44,795 nucleotides of DNA from a virus (taxonomy: Duplodnaviria; Caudoviricetes), in IMG/VR virus record IMGVR_UViG_3300050144_000021, positions 1 to 44,795 of that record; one strand, 5' to 3'. The first letter of the stretch is position 1, and every line of letters starts with the position of its first letter. Position numbers and translations under genes: made by a program. Positions 33,201 to 40,848 of this stretch are shown piece after piece. Under the pieces are notes generated by a model. That model saw nothing but the letters and a program-made list of their open reading frames with translations, made no database searches and was not told the DNA's origin.

Positions 33201-35484
33201 CAACGTTCGCTTGAAGGCTTCGAGCTATATCAACCAGTTCCGCGAGGCAGGTTTGGACTTCGAGGGCTTCCGTGGCTTGCTGGTTGGTACCGAGCGCAAG
33301 CGGGCAGGTGGCCGTGTATCGGTTGAAGCCGAGCAGAAGAACTACCGTGGTGAGTGGCTTGGCGGCATGATCGCTGATTTGGAGAAGGGCGACTTGATGC
33401 GCCACTTCACCTCTGGCGAGTTCGACCGAGACGTTTACAAGGCTCTATACAACCTAGCCAAGGACGGCGCTGGCAATGAAAATCTGCCCAAGGAGGCGGT
33501 GGCTATTGCGGAGATTGTCAACAAGTACCAAGGCGACGCGCGCAACACCCGCAACCGCTTCGGCGCTTGGATTCGTGACCTGCAAGGCTACATCGTTCGC
33601 CAGTCGCACGACATGTTCAAAATCCGAGAGGCGGGCGAGAAGGCCTACAAGGAGGCTGTGCTACCTCTCTTGGATGTACAGCGGTCACTGCGCGACTTCG
33701 ATGGCTCTGTGGACGACTTCCTGACGCGGGTCTACGACGACTTCGCTGCTGGCTCTCACATGAAAACACCAGCCGGTGAGGATGACCTGCAGGCGTTGGG
33801 CCGAGGCTCAAGCCTGGCGCGTCGTGAGTCGCAGTCCCGTGTGCTCTACTTCAAGGATGGCGACGCGGCTTACCAGTACAACGACAAGTTTGGGCAGGGC
33901 CGTTTGGCTGAGTCTGTGCTTGGTGGTCTAGACCATGCGGCGAAATCTGCGGGCCTGCTTAAACTTTTGGGCACAAATCCACGAGCCACGGCCGAGCGAC
34001 TGTTCGACGAGTACGCCGAGTCCCTGCGCGGTGATCCAAATCGCAGGGCTAAGTTCCTCGCGCATCGCAAAGAACTCGATAATCTGATCTCTCATATAGA
34101 CGGCACAGCAAATATCCCGGGCAACGCCACGGCGGCTCAGGTCAGTTCATTCTTCCGAGCTTGGCAAACAATGGCAAAGCTGGGCGGCATGATGATCTCC
34201 AGCGTGACCGACCTAACAAATTATGCGGCAGAGCTTCGGTTTGGGCAAGATAAAAACCTGTTGTCTGGCACGCTCGATGGCATTGGCGCCTTGACCAGTG
34301 GCCGCGCTGCTGGCGAGAAGCGGGCCGTTCTTAATTCATTGGGTGTGTTCCATGAGTCCACGCTGGGCGCAGTGTTCGCTCGGTTCGACTCGCCCGAGCT
34401 GATGGGTGGTAAGACCTCATGGGCCATGCAGCAGTTCTTCAAGCTGACCGGTATCAACTGGTGGACTGAGAGTTTGCGCGACGGCTATGCGCTGCAGCAC
34501 TCGTCCTATGTGTCCTCGCACGCCGATCGTAGTTTCGATAAACTGCCCGCTGCGCTGCGCGACATGTTGGGTCTTTACAACATCGACGCTGGAAAGTGGG
34601 ACGTGTTGCGTCTTGCCAACACCACGATGGCTGATGGACGCAAATACATCACGCCAGATGGCTTGCGCACCGTTCCGCGTGCTGCGCTGGAGAACTACAT
34701 CACGCAGGTTGGGCGCACCGTGACCGATGCGGCTGTCGCGAACTTGCAGGACGACCTATCGTCTGCGCTGCGAACCATGACCATCGACCGCATGCATCAC
34801 GCTGTAATCGAGCCGGGCGCACGCACTCGAGCCTTCATGTTGCGAGGCACACAGCCCGGCACTGTGCCTGGTGAGATGCTGCGGTTTGTGTCGCAGTTTA
34901 AATCCTTCCCTGTGGCGCTCGTCCAGATGACGCTTGGGCGTGAGGTGTATGGCCGTGGCTACGACACCATTGGGCAGTATCTGAAAAACGGCAAGGGCGA
35001 CATGGTGGGGCTCGCTTCCTTTATCGCGCTGTCTACCGCTATGGGTTATGCGGCCATGTCTGCCAAGGACTTACTGCGCGGGAAGAACCCGCGCCCTGTG
35101 GACGACCCTCGCACATGGGCCGCTGCGATGGTGCAGGGCGGTGGTTTGGGCATCTATGGCGACTTCCTGTTTGGCAAGTACAACCGCACAGGCGGGTCGC
35201 TGTCTGGCTCGATGGCTGGCCCTGTTGTGAACCTAGCCGACACGGCTGCCGACCTGTGGACGCGGATTCGCACTGGCGACGACTTCGCTGCCACGGCGTT
35301 TAATGCTGCACTAGCCAATACGCCGTTTGCCAATCTGTTCTACACGCGGGTGGCTATGGACTATCTCATCCTGCATAGAATTCAGGAGTCGCTGAACCCC
35401 GGCTTCCTGCGCCGCATGGAGGCTCGTGCAAAACGGGAAAACGACCAGACGTTCTTTTTGCCACCATCGCAGGTCGCTCGTTGA
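27205..35484 (+). CDS. 2759-aa large polyvalent ejection protein (DdrB-like ParB, ART-like, zincin peptidase and second ParB-like domains in a gp16-like scaffold)
   Basis: QFRDRSR...GAP...GGNGR; VWQGT...GEQAQAVGYGHY; LLHEVGVH; LPIIV...IRDGNHR; helical C-terminal region with QFKSFP and GGLGIYGDFL. Confidence 0.85.
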   Translation: MPMYLGSDDQGVSSYSLQDFEPSFGAKMNAAVRESWLESYGPVATDWARSRFGGDGEPRLSSQQAMDYAKSNGGGIKLNLTPKDGQYTQRQWATIVDRQRELAAVKDVRERTPWDAGSILRGGAMFGAGIVDPLNVATAFVPWTRMVGAARSLRAATMAESAFTRAGARAGLGALDAGISTAVLEPAFSFGRNELGDDYSAMDSIANIAFGTAFGGGLHVLGGAAGDAFKSWRGRASPMITPNPTMETAAPLSGAVIGPDTKVKVGDVYEPARWSVVEADTLQATVDKADNQFRDRSRPAYQAEIQSRANALDPALVLGDSPVMDIGAPTLATDGRIVGGNGRTLFISKAYEIGKGGDYRAALEARLADLGIDVDAVRGMKKPVLVRQFTRDVDVKKAAMLSNEGGATDMSPLEQAKVDAERLGDARLSVSSDGDINNADNRAAIRKWVEAQPENKRNSIMDSDGKLSPEGLRRLNGAMLFKAYGDSPVLARLIEAVDPGSRNLALALGRTAPVVANSRSAIAAGDLHPLDIAADLQAAVEKYNQIRADGMKVSDYMAQLDAFGDGLTPEATMLLDFMGRNIQSPRRIMDAITGFADRLNEAGNPKQADMFGESPVPDKSRMLQDAIASAEERIDSAEEIVASVSPETREAALRASVAQSLDGRNVDVEAIIGMDPDRATHTVADAEAAADRNFSPSEVAVADVDASAAVQQRLDAAPKWDGVKDAQAAMAEADALLADTVKAGDDAFKYSRGKAPGQKKATVWQGTTARFAAEDGAPLGRFNWKMINSEAGEQAQAVGYGHYVAQQAWISQTRYRERLIKMRGESKADYAIPDGVGGVMWLNAKANEPAWVLGDGTIVHPSQNNLEFQALAVAIGQVDGYGYARAKNTFENLYKQAKTELDKSLKRTDDLIAEWQKDLEKSTDAVERASIQSSIDNLLEGRKRLVISFDQREGNNLAALEKVTVPDPSSNDGVLSVLLEMKSSLNAKGDTKSDAYKDVVEGIKNATGSRVLDPNIKKYEVPLPDNFRTRVVAAGGEEISGDLGAFILAQADKRRGVSQTLGLELKQGPTQVEGANVKVAPIDLINGTKFDAELQALHDRGVTDLTIERPGSLYKAEMSAEDFSGLMLWDEKMSEQPAKVRAAFESWGIKSPEPVWVDKNGALEMVDDSGRVASIREDKLPPIDDIVKYLKWEISDAPAGSPASVMIKFKDGSVSYFDSMADAHWAATREYSVDTGLDDGAFSVTFNGVTHGKRHASKEDAINFAEKYWGVGSPTGQSMYKKLTDKINESHFWNQHQDLPMSQAAWTEVESLNPDVDDLNILIKKNDFDWKQRGNLSKLKTVTSVINGKKVVISKEPMSQVFTVYVDGDEVSNFPSMDEAQSYATKDLPVRNYSVIVDGESVAEFPSMSDAKKYANEEIRWPFLVSNGYVKKDFFSAFDGAVLELEKRRGISFKDDDFNNTTFAKEEELASIMLHNAGVPGHAFLDGASRGDTDLPAYNLVLYSDDVAKIMDRYARQTGEVLRGTDDPAGLTEALRLSFGKSTDALIETGGVKIVATPDDLPFGPHPGDVKGFFAPDGVAYIVASNVSELEARGMLLHEVGVHAGMEKMLGADVFQSVLRELDDAIGRGEDWAQAARDRVPADTPAGLVREEQLAYLVQHAPELPLVQRIIAAVRAWAYRTFDLAREKMTLSEGDFRAMAVAALHEAARGNRVGVLAGVYSRSVDLLSEWFRNTVQPSALRGPMANGDVFARIRHAARTAPDGPLSNYELRMVRVDEVSPSQFGEDYNNDASSRTASSIKAAKSIDEIRDADVLPIIVTKNMKIRDGNHRHAAAIANGETMLPALVEVGPGTGEVINLQEIERAYAAAETPLRYSRGETQDTSTTKDELKPYNDAVKRAKGYASVLRSAADKLENDAQAAAAMRAAMPDITPQEITDLLDQLRRQVKGLRGMARAARDALGSEDKSAMLQDDAMHAADTLANNLELAAVIEKRNASLNINVRLKASSYINQFREAGLDFEGFRGLLVGTERKRAGGRVSVEAEQKNYRGEWLGGMIADLEKGDLMRHFTSGEFDRDVYKALYNLAKDGAGNENLPKEAVAIAEIVNKYQGDARNTRNRFGAWIRDLQGYIVRQSHDMFKIREAGEKAYKEAVLPLLDVQRSLRDFDGSVDDFLTRVYDDFAAGSHMKTPAGEDDLQALGRGSSLARRESQSRVLYFKDGDAAYQYNDKFGQGRLAESVLGGLDHAAKSAGLLKLLGTNPRATAERLFDEYAESLRGDPNRRAKFLAHRKELDNLISHIDGTANIPGNATAAQVSSFFRAWQTMAKLGGMMISSVTDLTNYAAELRFGQDKNLLSGTLDGIGALTSGRAAGEKRAVLNSLGVFHESTLGAVFARFDSPELMGGKTSWAMQQFFKLTGINWWTESLRDGYALQHSSYVSSHADRSFDKLPAALRDMLGLYNIDAGKWDVLRLANTTMADGRKYITPDGLRTVPRAALENYITQVGRTVTDAAVANLQDDLSSALRTMTIDRMHHAVIEPGARTRAFMLRGTQPGTVPGEMLRFVSQFKSFPVALVQMTLGREVYGRGYDTIGQYLKNGKGDMVGLASFIALSTAMGYAAMSAKDLLRGKNPRPVDDPRTWAAAMVQGGGLGIYGDFLFGKYNRTGGSLSGSMAGPVVNLADTAADLWTRIRTGDDFAATAFNAALANTPFANLFYTRVAMDYLILHRIQESLNPGFLRRMEARAKRENDQTFFLPPSQVAR

Positions 35485-35511
35485 TCGGGGGTGGCGCGGA
35501 TATCGCTTCAC

Positions 35512-35520
35512 TGATAGAAT
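35512..35520 (+). promoter_or_regulatory. Extended -10 element before the tail-fibre genes
   Basis: TG-A-TAGAAT in the intergenic gap. Confidence 0.45.
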
Positions 35521-35549
35521 TACAACAATCATTCGACTGAGGTACTGCC

Positions 35550-36809
35550 GTGACTATTCAAACCGAAACATCCCGATCGGGACCTTATGCCGGCTCAGGC
35601 ACCACTGGGCCGTTCACCGTCGGCTTCCGGTTCCTTGATAACTCCCACCTGCAGGTCGTCAAGACCTCAGCTGCGGGTGTTGATACCACGCTTACGCTCA
35701 CCACGCATTACACAGTCAGTGGGGCGGGTGGAAACACCGGCACCGTGACCTTGGTGACCGCGTTGGCCGTTGGAGAGCAGCTCACCGTTGTGCGTAATGT
35801 TCCCTTCACCCAGCTCGCGGACTATGTGGATAACGACTCCTTCCCAGCCGAGTCTCACGAGAACGCGCTGGACTTGTTGACCATGCAGTCTCAGCAGCTG
35901 AAGGATGGATTCGACCGATCGCTATCCCTGCCTGTGACGGCTTCTAGCGGTGTGTCGACTGAATTACCCGCTCCCCAAGGCAACACCCTTATTGGCTGGA
36001 GCGCTACAGGCGGAGCGTTGCAAAACTATAATGCAGCCGATCTTGGTGTCAGTATTGCCGCCGCATCCTGGGTGACGCAAACATTCAACGGAACAGGGGC
36101 TCAGACGTCCTTCGTTATTGCATCCGATCCTGCCTCGGCATCAAACATCGACCTTACTGTTGGCGGCGCATCACAAACCGCTGATGTAAATTTTAGTTAT
36201 ACCTCTGCGACAAAAACAATCACGTTTCTGACTGGCGCACCCGCTGCTGGCACTGGTAACGTTGTAGCAAGGTACGGGACGGCTTTGCCTGCTGGCACCG
36301 TCGGGTCTACTGGCATCACGGACAGCACTGCAACAGGCCGGGCTCTACTAACTGCGGCTGATGCGGCTGCTGCTGGTGCCATTATTGGCGGCGGCGCAAC
36401 GGGCGGAGGCAAAGACAAGGCGTTCTACGAGGGCGATACCTTCATCACCTCATCGTTCACCGTTGGGCAATCAGCGCAGAACTCATGCACGATCAGCATT
36501 GCAAGTCCTGCGGTGGTGACTCAGAGCAACACATACGTCGCTGGGCAGCAGGTCAGATTTACGACAACTGGCGCACTTCCAACTGGTCTCAACACCAACG
36601 CTGTGTACTACGTCAGTGCTACGGGTCTAACGACTAGCAGCTTTCAGGTTTCAGCAACAAGCGGCGGCGCATCGGTGAACACGAGCGGCACGCAGTCTGG
36701 TGTTCAAACGTGCGGTAAGCTCAAACACGCGGCCATGCTCACGCCTGCTTACTTTGCAACAGGTGTCGTGGTTTCAATTCCAACAGGTTCAAGATTGGTG
36801 GGTCTATGA
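35550..36809 (+). CDS. Tail fibre protein
   Basis: N-terminal YAGSGTTGPFTV.F.FL....L.V anchor domain, FPAESHENALD.LTM..QQL; Thr/Gly/Ser-rich; GAGG RBS with GTG start. Confidence 0.85.
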   Translation: MTIQTETSRSGPYAGSGTTGPFTVGFRFLDNSHLQVVKTSAAGVDTTLTLTTHYTVSGAGGNTGTVTLVTALAVGEQLTVVRNVPFTQLADYVDNDSFPAESHENALDLLTMQSQQLKDGFDRSLSLPVTASSGVSTELPAPQGNTLIGWSATGGALQNYNAADLGVSIAAASWVTQTFNGTGAQTSFVIASDPASASNIDLTVGGASQTADVNFSYTSATKTITFLTGAPAAGTGNVVARYGTALPAGTVGSTGITDSTATGRALLTAADAAAAGAIIGGGATGGGKDKAFYEGDTFITSSFTVGQSAQNSCTISIASPAVVTQSNTYVAGQQVRFTTTGALPTGLNTNAVYYVSATGLTTSSFQVSATSGGASVNTSGTQSGVQTCGKLKHAAMLTPAYFATGVVVSIPTGSRLVGL

Positions 36810-37459
36810 GTACAAGTTTAGCAGGCGGCGGCACCTCCAACCTTGATGCTTTAAACGTGTCGGGGGCAGCAGCGGTTGGTAGTATGTCAGTTGGTGGAAA
36901 CCCACTAGACGCAACATTCCAGCAAGTCATCAACAACACAGGCGCAAGCGCAGACGTGTCGCTTGCAGTTGGGCAGCTTGCCTATGTTGATGTGAGCGCG
37001 GCTACAACTGCTCTGCTTCGGATTGCTACTGGTGATAACCAGTTGTACGAGTTAAACTTGCAGATGACAGGCAACGGCAACACTTCTGGCTATCCGATAC
37101 TGTCACCTAACAACGCCTCATACACCAACTTTATCTATCACACAGGTATTGCCGAAAGTGGCGGCTCTGCCGTTAACCTTGGCGACTACCAAAGCGGTTT
37201 CCCCTTATGCCGCAACGGAGACATTCGACAAACGCGCGTAACGCTCTCGACTAAAACGACTTCAAAACACGCAACTTATCTTGGGGCTGTGTACTACACC
37301 GCGACAGCAGTTTATTGGTCGAGCGGTATCGCTAATTGGCTATCTGCCGCCAGCAACAGCGCGGCTACAACCGACACCACAACCGCATGGACAAGTCTAG
37401 GCACGGTCGCCTTCCCAGTCGCAGCCACAGGGCGCATTTACATTAGGAGACTGGCATGA
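36806..37459 (+). CDS. Putative tail fibre/receptor-binding subunit
   Basis: Thr/Ser/Gly/Asn-rich beta protein, ATGA-coupled to the fibre gene. Confidence 0.65.
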   Translation: MSTSLAGGGTSNLDALNVSGAAAVGSMSVGGNPLDATFQQVINNTGASADVSLAVGQLAYVDVSAATTALLRIATGDNQLYELNLQMTGNGNTSGYPILSPNNASYTNFIYHTGIAESGGSAVNLGDYQSGFPLCRNGDIRQTRVTLSTKTTSKHATYLGAVYYTATAVYWSSGIANWLSAASNSAATTDTTTAWTSLGTVAFPVAATGRIYIRRLA

Positions 37460-38046
37460 CGCAAAACATAATCACAGCAGGCGATGCCTCATCGCTGATT
37501 AGCTTCCAAGGCGGGGACGACGGCGGGCTTGTTCTTAAAACGGGCGCTGCGGGGAGTAAGGTTAACGCTCTTAGCTTTGCGGCTGATGGCACGCCTACGT
37601 TTTTGAAAGTGCCCGTTAATGCAACGGCGCAAAGCATGGTGCGCGTCAACACCTCCAACGGTTACGGCTCTACAAACACGGTAATACGGCGATTCTCCAC
37701 TGTGGTGACTAGCCAAGGCTCAGACATCACTTACGCTGATAGCGCAACGCTTGGGGCATCTTTTACCATCAACACGAGCGGCGTTTATGCTTTGAGCTAT
37801 ACGGAGAATTACAGCGGTGCAGGTTCTTTTTGCATCTCCATAAACAGCTCTCAATTGACGACAGCGCCTAACAGCGTCACTGCGGCAGACCGCGCCGCAA
37901 CGGGGGCGACAAACGTTGCTAGTGGGTCGCAGACTGTTTCTTCGACCCTTTACCTACCAGCAGGGGCTGTCGTCAGAGCGCATGGGGATACCTCTGGCGC
38001 GGGCGTTAATGCCTCTTGCCAGTTCACAATAACGAGGGTCGCATAA
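37456..38046 (+). CDS. Putative tail fibre subunit with C1q-like C-terminal domain
   Basis: FTINTSGVY...LYLPAG.VV...FTITRV pattern. Confidence 0.65.
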   Translation: MTQNIITAGDASSLISFQGGDDGGLVLKTGAAGSKVNALSFAADGTPTFLKVPVNATAQSMVRVNTSNGYGSTNTVIRRFSTVVTSQGSDITYADSATLGASFTINTSGVYALSYTENYSGAGSFCISINSSQLTTAPNSVTAADRAATGATNVASGSQTVSSTLYLPAGAVVRAHGDTSGAGVNASCQFTITRVA

Positions 38047-38047
38047 C

Positions 38048-38884
38048 ATGAGCACAGCATTTTCAGACGCAGGGTTTTTGTTTGCCAACGGCGACACCCA
38101 AGCCTATCCATCCGTACCAGTCAGACAAACAGTGCTATCGGGCACAGTGGACTCTAGCGGGTTTTCTAGCTTCGGCGGTTCTACTGGCTCAACCACGGTA
38201 ACGGCTTCGACAACGCTAATCGCAACAGCGGCGAATGGCGCGACAAACCGCACAAGTTCAATTGTCAATCCCTCGTGGACGGGCTTATCTACCAACGGCA
38301 CGATGTACCTTGGCTTGACCCTTAACGCTGATGGTACGTGCACGCCTTTTGTAACAACACTTGCACCAACGTATCAGTGGGGCGGCACGTTTTCTGTAAC
38401 ATCTAATCAACGTACATTTAACATCCAAGCCATGCAAATGCAGGTTGGTAATGGTACAACAGCGGCACAGGCTTATGATGTATTTGTAGGCGAGGTAACG
38501 GTAGCTGGTGGCGTAGTTACTGCGATTGTTTGGTATGCGCTGATGGGGCGATATGACAGCGGATTTACCGCAACTCTGCCATCCCCGAGTACACAGGTGT
38601 CAAAAAATCACAACCTTGGCACAAATTATTTCGATGCTGAGATCGAAATGCTTTGTACGACAGCAGATGGGGGGTACACCGTCGGGGACGTGCTGACTGG
38701 CTTCACTAACTGGGTGTCAGGCTCTGGCACAGTTGGAGTCGCTATACGAAAACAAAGAAACAGCCTAACCACAGCAATCGCCTCAAGTTCGTGGCAAGGG
38801 ATAAACATTACAACAAGTACGGCTATCGGCTTCACCGCTTCAAGTTGGTCGTTCAGATTCATTGCACGTAGAAGGGGATTTTGA
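38048..38884 (+). CDS. Putative tail fibre subunit
   Basis: PVRQTVLSG, VFVGEV, YALMGRY, HNLG...C.TADGGY.VGD. Confidence 0.68.
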   Translation: MSTAFSDAGFLFANGDTQAYPSVPVRQTVLSGTVDSSGFSSFGGSTGSTTVTASTTLIATAANGATNRTSSIVNPSWTGLSTNGTMYLGLTLNADGTCTPFVTTLAPTYQWGGTFSVTSNQRTFNIQAMQMQVGNGTTAAQAYDVFVGEVTVAGGVVTAIVWYALMGRYDSGFTATLPSPSTQVSKNHNLGTNYFDAEIEMLCTTADGGYTVGDVLTGFTNWVSGSGTVGVAIRKQRNSLTTAIASSSWQGINITTSTAIGFTASSWSFRFIARRRGF

Positions 38885-39180
38885 TGTACGTAGGGCAACA
38901 AAATAACATTTACCAAGGCGACATGGCGGCAGGCGACCGTGAGGCTACGCAAGAGGAAATTGCGGCTTATATTGCAGCACGAACGCCTGACCCTAAAGAC
39001 GTTATCCGCGCTCAGATTAAGGCAATGGAAACTGAGAAGATGATGCCAAGAGCTACACGCGAGTTCATGCTCTTGTTTTTAGAGGCATCCTTCACGCCTG
39101 AACAACTCGCGCAAAACATCGGCTACACTGGCGTTAAAGCATTCGACAATCAAATTAAAGCACTACGCGACCAACTATGA
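38884..39180 (+). CDS. Putative tail fibre assembly chaperone
   Basis: REAT.EE...I.A.E...PRA.RE...IKALR.QL; follows the fibre genes. Confidence 0.6.
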   Translation: MYVGQQNNIYQGDMAAGDREATQEEIAAYIAARTPDPKDVIRAQIKAMETEKMMPRATREFMLLFLEASFTPEQLAQNIGYTGVKAFDNQIKALRDQL

Positions 39181-39479
39181 TTTCAGTCGCGCTACTTCTC
39201 CCTCTCTACTTCGCGTCCATCCAGTATGAGCGAGGTGGATTGTGGCGATTGTGCGCGGTGTTTGTGGTTGTCGGCTTAGCGCTCGACGTGATTCTTAACT
39301 ACACCGAGCTTACCATCTTCACTTTAGATTTCCCCAAGCGGGGCGAGTGGACGTTCAGCAAGCGGTTGGCACGGCTACAATATAACGACGGCTGGCGGGG
39401 TGAGTTTGCGAGATATGTCGCTGGGTGTTTAAACGCAATCGCGCCAAGTGGGCGCCATATTTATGAAGGCAGCAGATGA
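39177..39479 (+). CDS. Hypothetical membrane protein
   Basis: Hydrophobic N-terminal half; LDVILN...EWTFSKRL...LN.I.PSG.H. Confidence 0.68.
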   Translation: MISVALLLPLYFASIQYERGGLWRLCAVFVVVGLALDVILNYTELTIFTLDFPKRGEWTFSKRLARLQYNDGWRGEFARYVAGCLNAIAPSGRHIYEGSR

Positions 39480-39700
39480 CCGATGATGACCGTATCCTAC
39501 AAATTGAACGGCGGCTTGACAGCATGGCGTCAACTCTTGATTCAAACAATCGCGACACAGCCGAGCTCTTGGATATTCTGCGTGATGCTCGTGGATTTTT
39601 TAAGGTGACAGGCTACATCACGGTCGCCGTTAAATGGTTGATTGGAGTTGGCGTGGCCGCTGCCGCTGCTTGGCATGCTTGGGTTGGGAGCACAAAATGA
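39476..39700 (+). CDS. Holin-like protein (coiled coil plus C-terminal TM)
   Basis: Directly upstream of the endolysin; TM segment WLIGVGVAAAAAW. Confidence 0.55.
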   Translation: MTDDDRILQIERRLDSMASTLDSNNRDTAELLDILRDARGFFKVTGYITVAVKWLIGVGVAAAAAWHAWVGSTK

Positions 39701-40164
39701 GTTTTGATTCTGCCTTCGACACACTGATTGGCCACGAGGGTGGCTATGTAAATGACCCGCGCGACCCCGGTGGCGAGACGAAGTATGGCATCTCAAAGCG
39801 CGCCTATCCTGATGTGAATATCGCATCGCTCACGATCGAGGACGCCAAGGCGCTCTACAAGCGGGACTACTGGGGCCGTGCTCGCTGCGACGAGCTGCCT
39901 GCTGTCGTGGCGTTTCAGGTGTTCGATACGGCGGTTAATTCTGGGATAGGGCAGGCGATACGTTTCCTGCAGCGCGCCGTTGGTGTGGCTGACGATGGGC
40001 AAGTGGGCCCGCTGACCATCAGCGCCGTGAATCGCTTGGCCGTCGAGTCTGTAGCGGCGCGGTTCAACGGCCAGCGCCTGGACTTCATGACCAAACTCTC
40101 GACCTGGGACACTTACGGTAAAGGCTGGGCACGCCGGGTTGCCAAGAATTTAATGGAGGTTTGA
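39697..40164 (+). CDS. Endolysin, glycoside hydrolase family 108 with PG-binding tail
   Basis: HEGGYVNDPRDPGGETKYGIS, YW, FDTAVNSG, LQRAVGV..DG..GP.T, GW.RR. Confidence 0.93.
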   Translation: MSFDSAFDTLIGHEGGYVNDPRDPGGETKYGISKRAYPDVNIASLTIEDAKALYKRDYWGRARCDELPAVVAFQVFDTAVNSGIGQAIRFLQRAVGVADDGQVGPLTISAVNRLAVESVAARFNGQRLDFMTKLSTWDTYGKGWARRVAKNLMEV

Positions 40165-40165
40165 T

Positions 40166-40552
40166 ATGGATATCACTGGCATTGGGTCCGTTGCCGACCT
40201 CGCTAATACGGTCATCGGCAAAATATGGCCTGACAAGACTGAGCAGGAGAAGCAGCAGCTCGCGGCTGCCGTCATGGTGGTGCAGGGGCAGCTCGACATT
40301 AACAAGACGGAGGCGGCGAATCCCAGCGTGTTTGTATCCGGCTGGAGGCCATTCATTGGCTGGGTGTGCGGTGCAGGGTGCGCCTGGAATTGGGTGGGTC
40401 TGCCGATCGTTATGTCTATCGCCGCCTACATGAATCACCAGCTTCCAGTGAAGCCCGCGGACCTGACTGAAATGCTCCCGCTGCTCATGGGTATGCTAGG
40501 CATGGGAGGTCTGCGCACCATGGAAAAGATTAACGGCGTAGCTGCCAAATAA
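40166..40552 (+). CDS. Holin (3-TM GTA-holin-like family)
   Basis: IWPD...Q..INK.EA...FVSGWRPFIGWVCG...GMLGMGGLRT.EK. Confidence 0.85.
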   Translation: MDITGIGSVADLANTVIGKIWPDKTEQEKQQLAAAVMVVQGQLDINKTEAANPSVFVSGWRPFIGWVCGAGCAWNWVGLPIVMSIAAYMNHQLPVKPADLTEMLPLLMGMLGMGGLRTMEKINGVAAK

Positions 40553-40630
40553 GGGAGGCGAGGTTTCTTTGGAGTGTCCATGATGCGAGGCATACCACAT
40601 CTGGTGTGAATATCGCAACGCCTTAATGCG

Positions 40631-40843
40631 CTATCGGCACGCATGCTGCTTGTGTTTAACGGACAGCTCGGGTTTGCCAAACCACCAAGCAAGGCACACC
40701 TTGCCTGTTGTCTCGCCGTTCTTTGCTAGCTCTTGGATAACGGCGGCCTTGGCTTTGTCCACAACTATCAATGAGTAGACGTACCATGTGGTTGAGACTA
40801 GGATCGTCCAGCTTATTAAAAATACAATGAATCGGAGTTTCAT
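40631..40843 (-). CDS. Small membrane-anchored hypothetical protein
   Basis: N-terminal TM; last ORF of the leftward arm. Confidence 0.6.
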   Translation of the reverse strand: MKLRFIVFLISWTILVSTTWYVYSLIVVDKAKAAVIQELAKNGETTGKVCLAWWFGKPELSVKHKQHACR

Positions 40844-40848
40844 GTTAT

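Noticed and set aside
27205-35484. Giant ORF as a virion RNA polymerase (N4-like) or an intein-containing protein
   Set aside because: No RNA polymerase catalytic motifs, intein splice-junction motifs or LAGLIDADG motifs were recognisable by eye.
35825-35833. Perfect DnaA box TGTGGATAA
   Set aside because: Single copy inside the fibre CDS (YVDN); plausible by chance.
40435-40692. Minus-strand 85-aa ORF across the convergent gap
   Set aside because: It overlaps the holin antisense and the neighbouring gene, has no clear RBS and no motif; not called as a gene.
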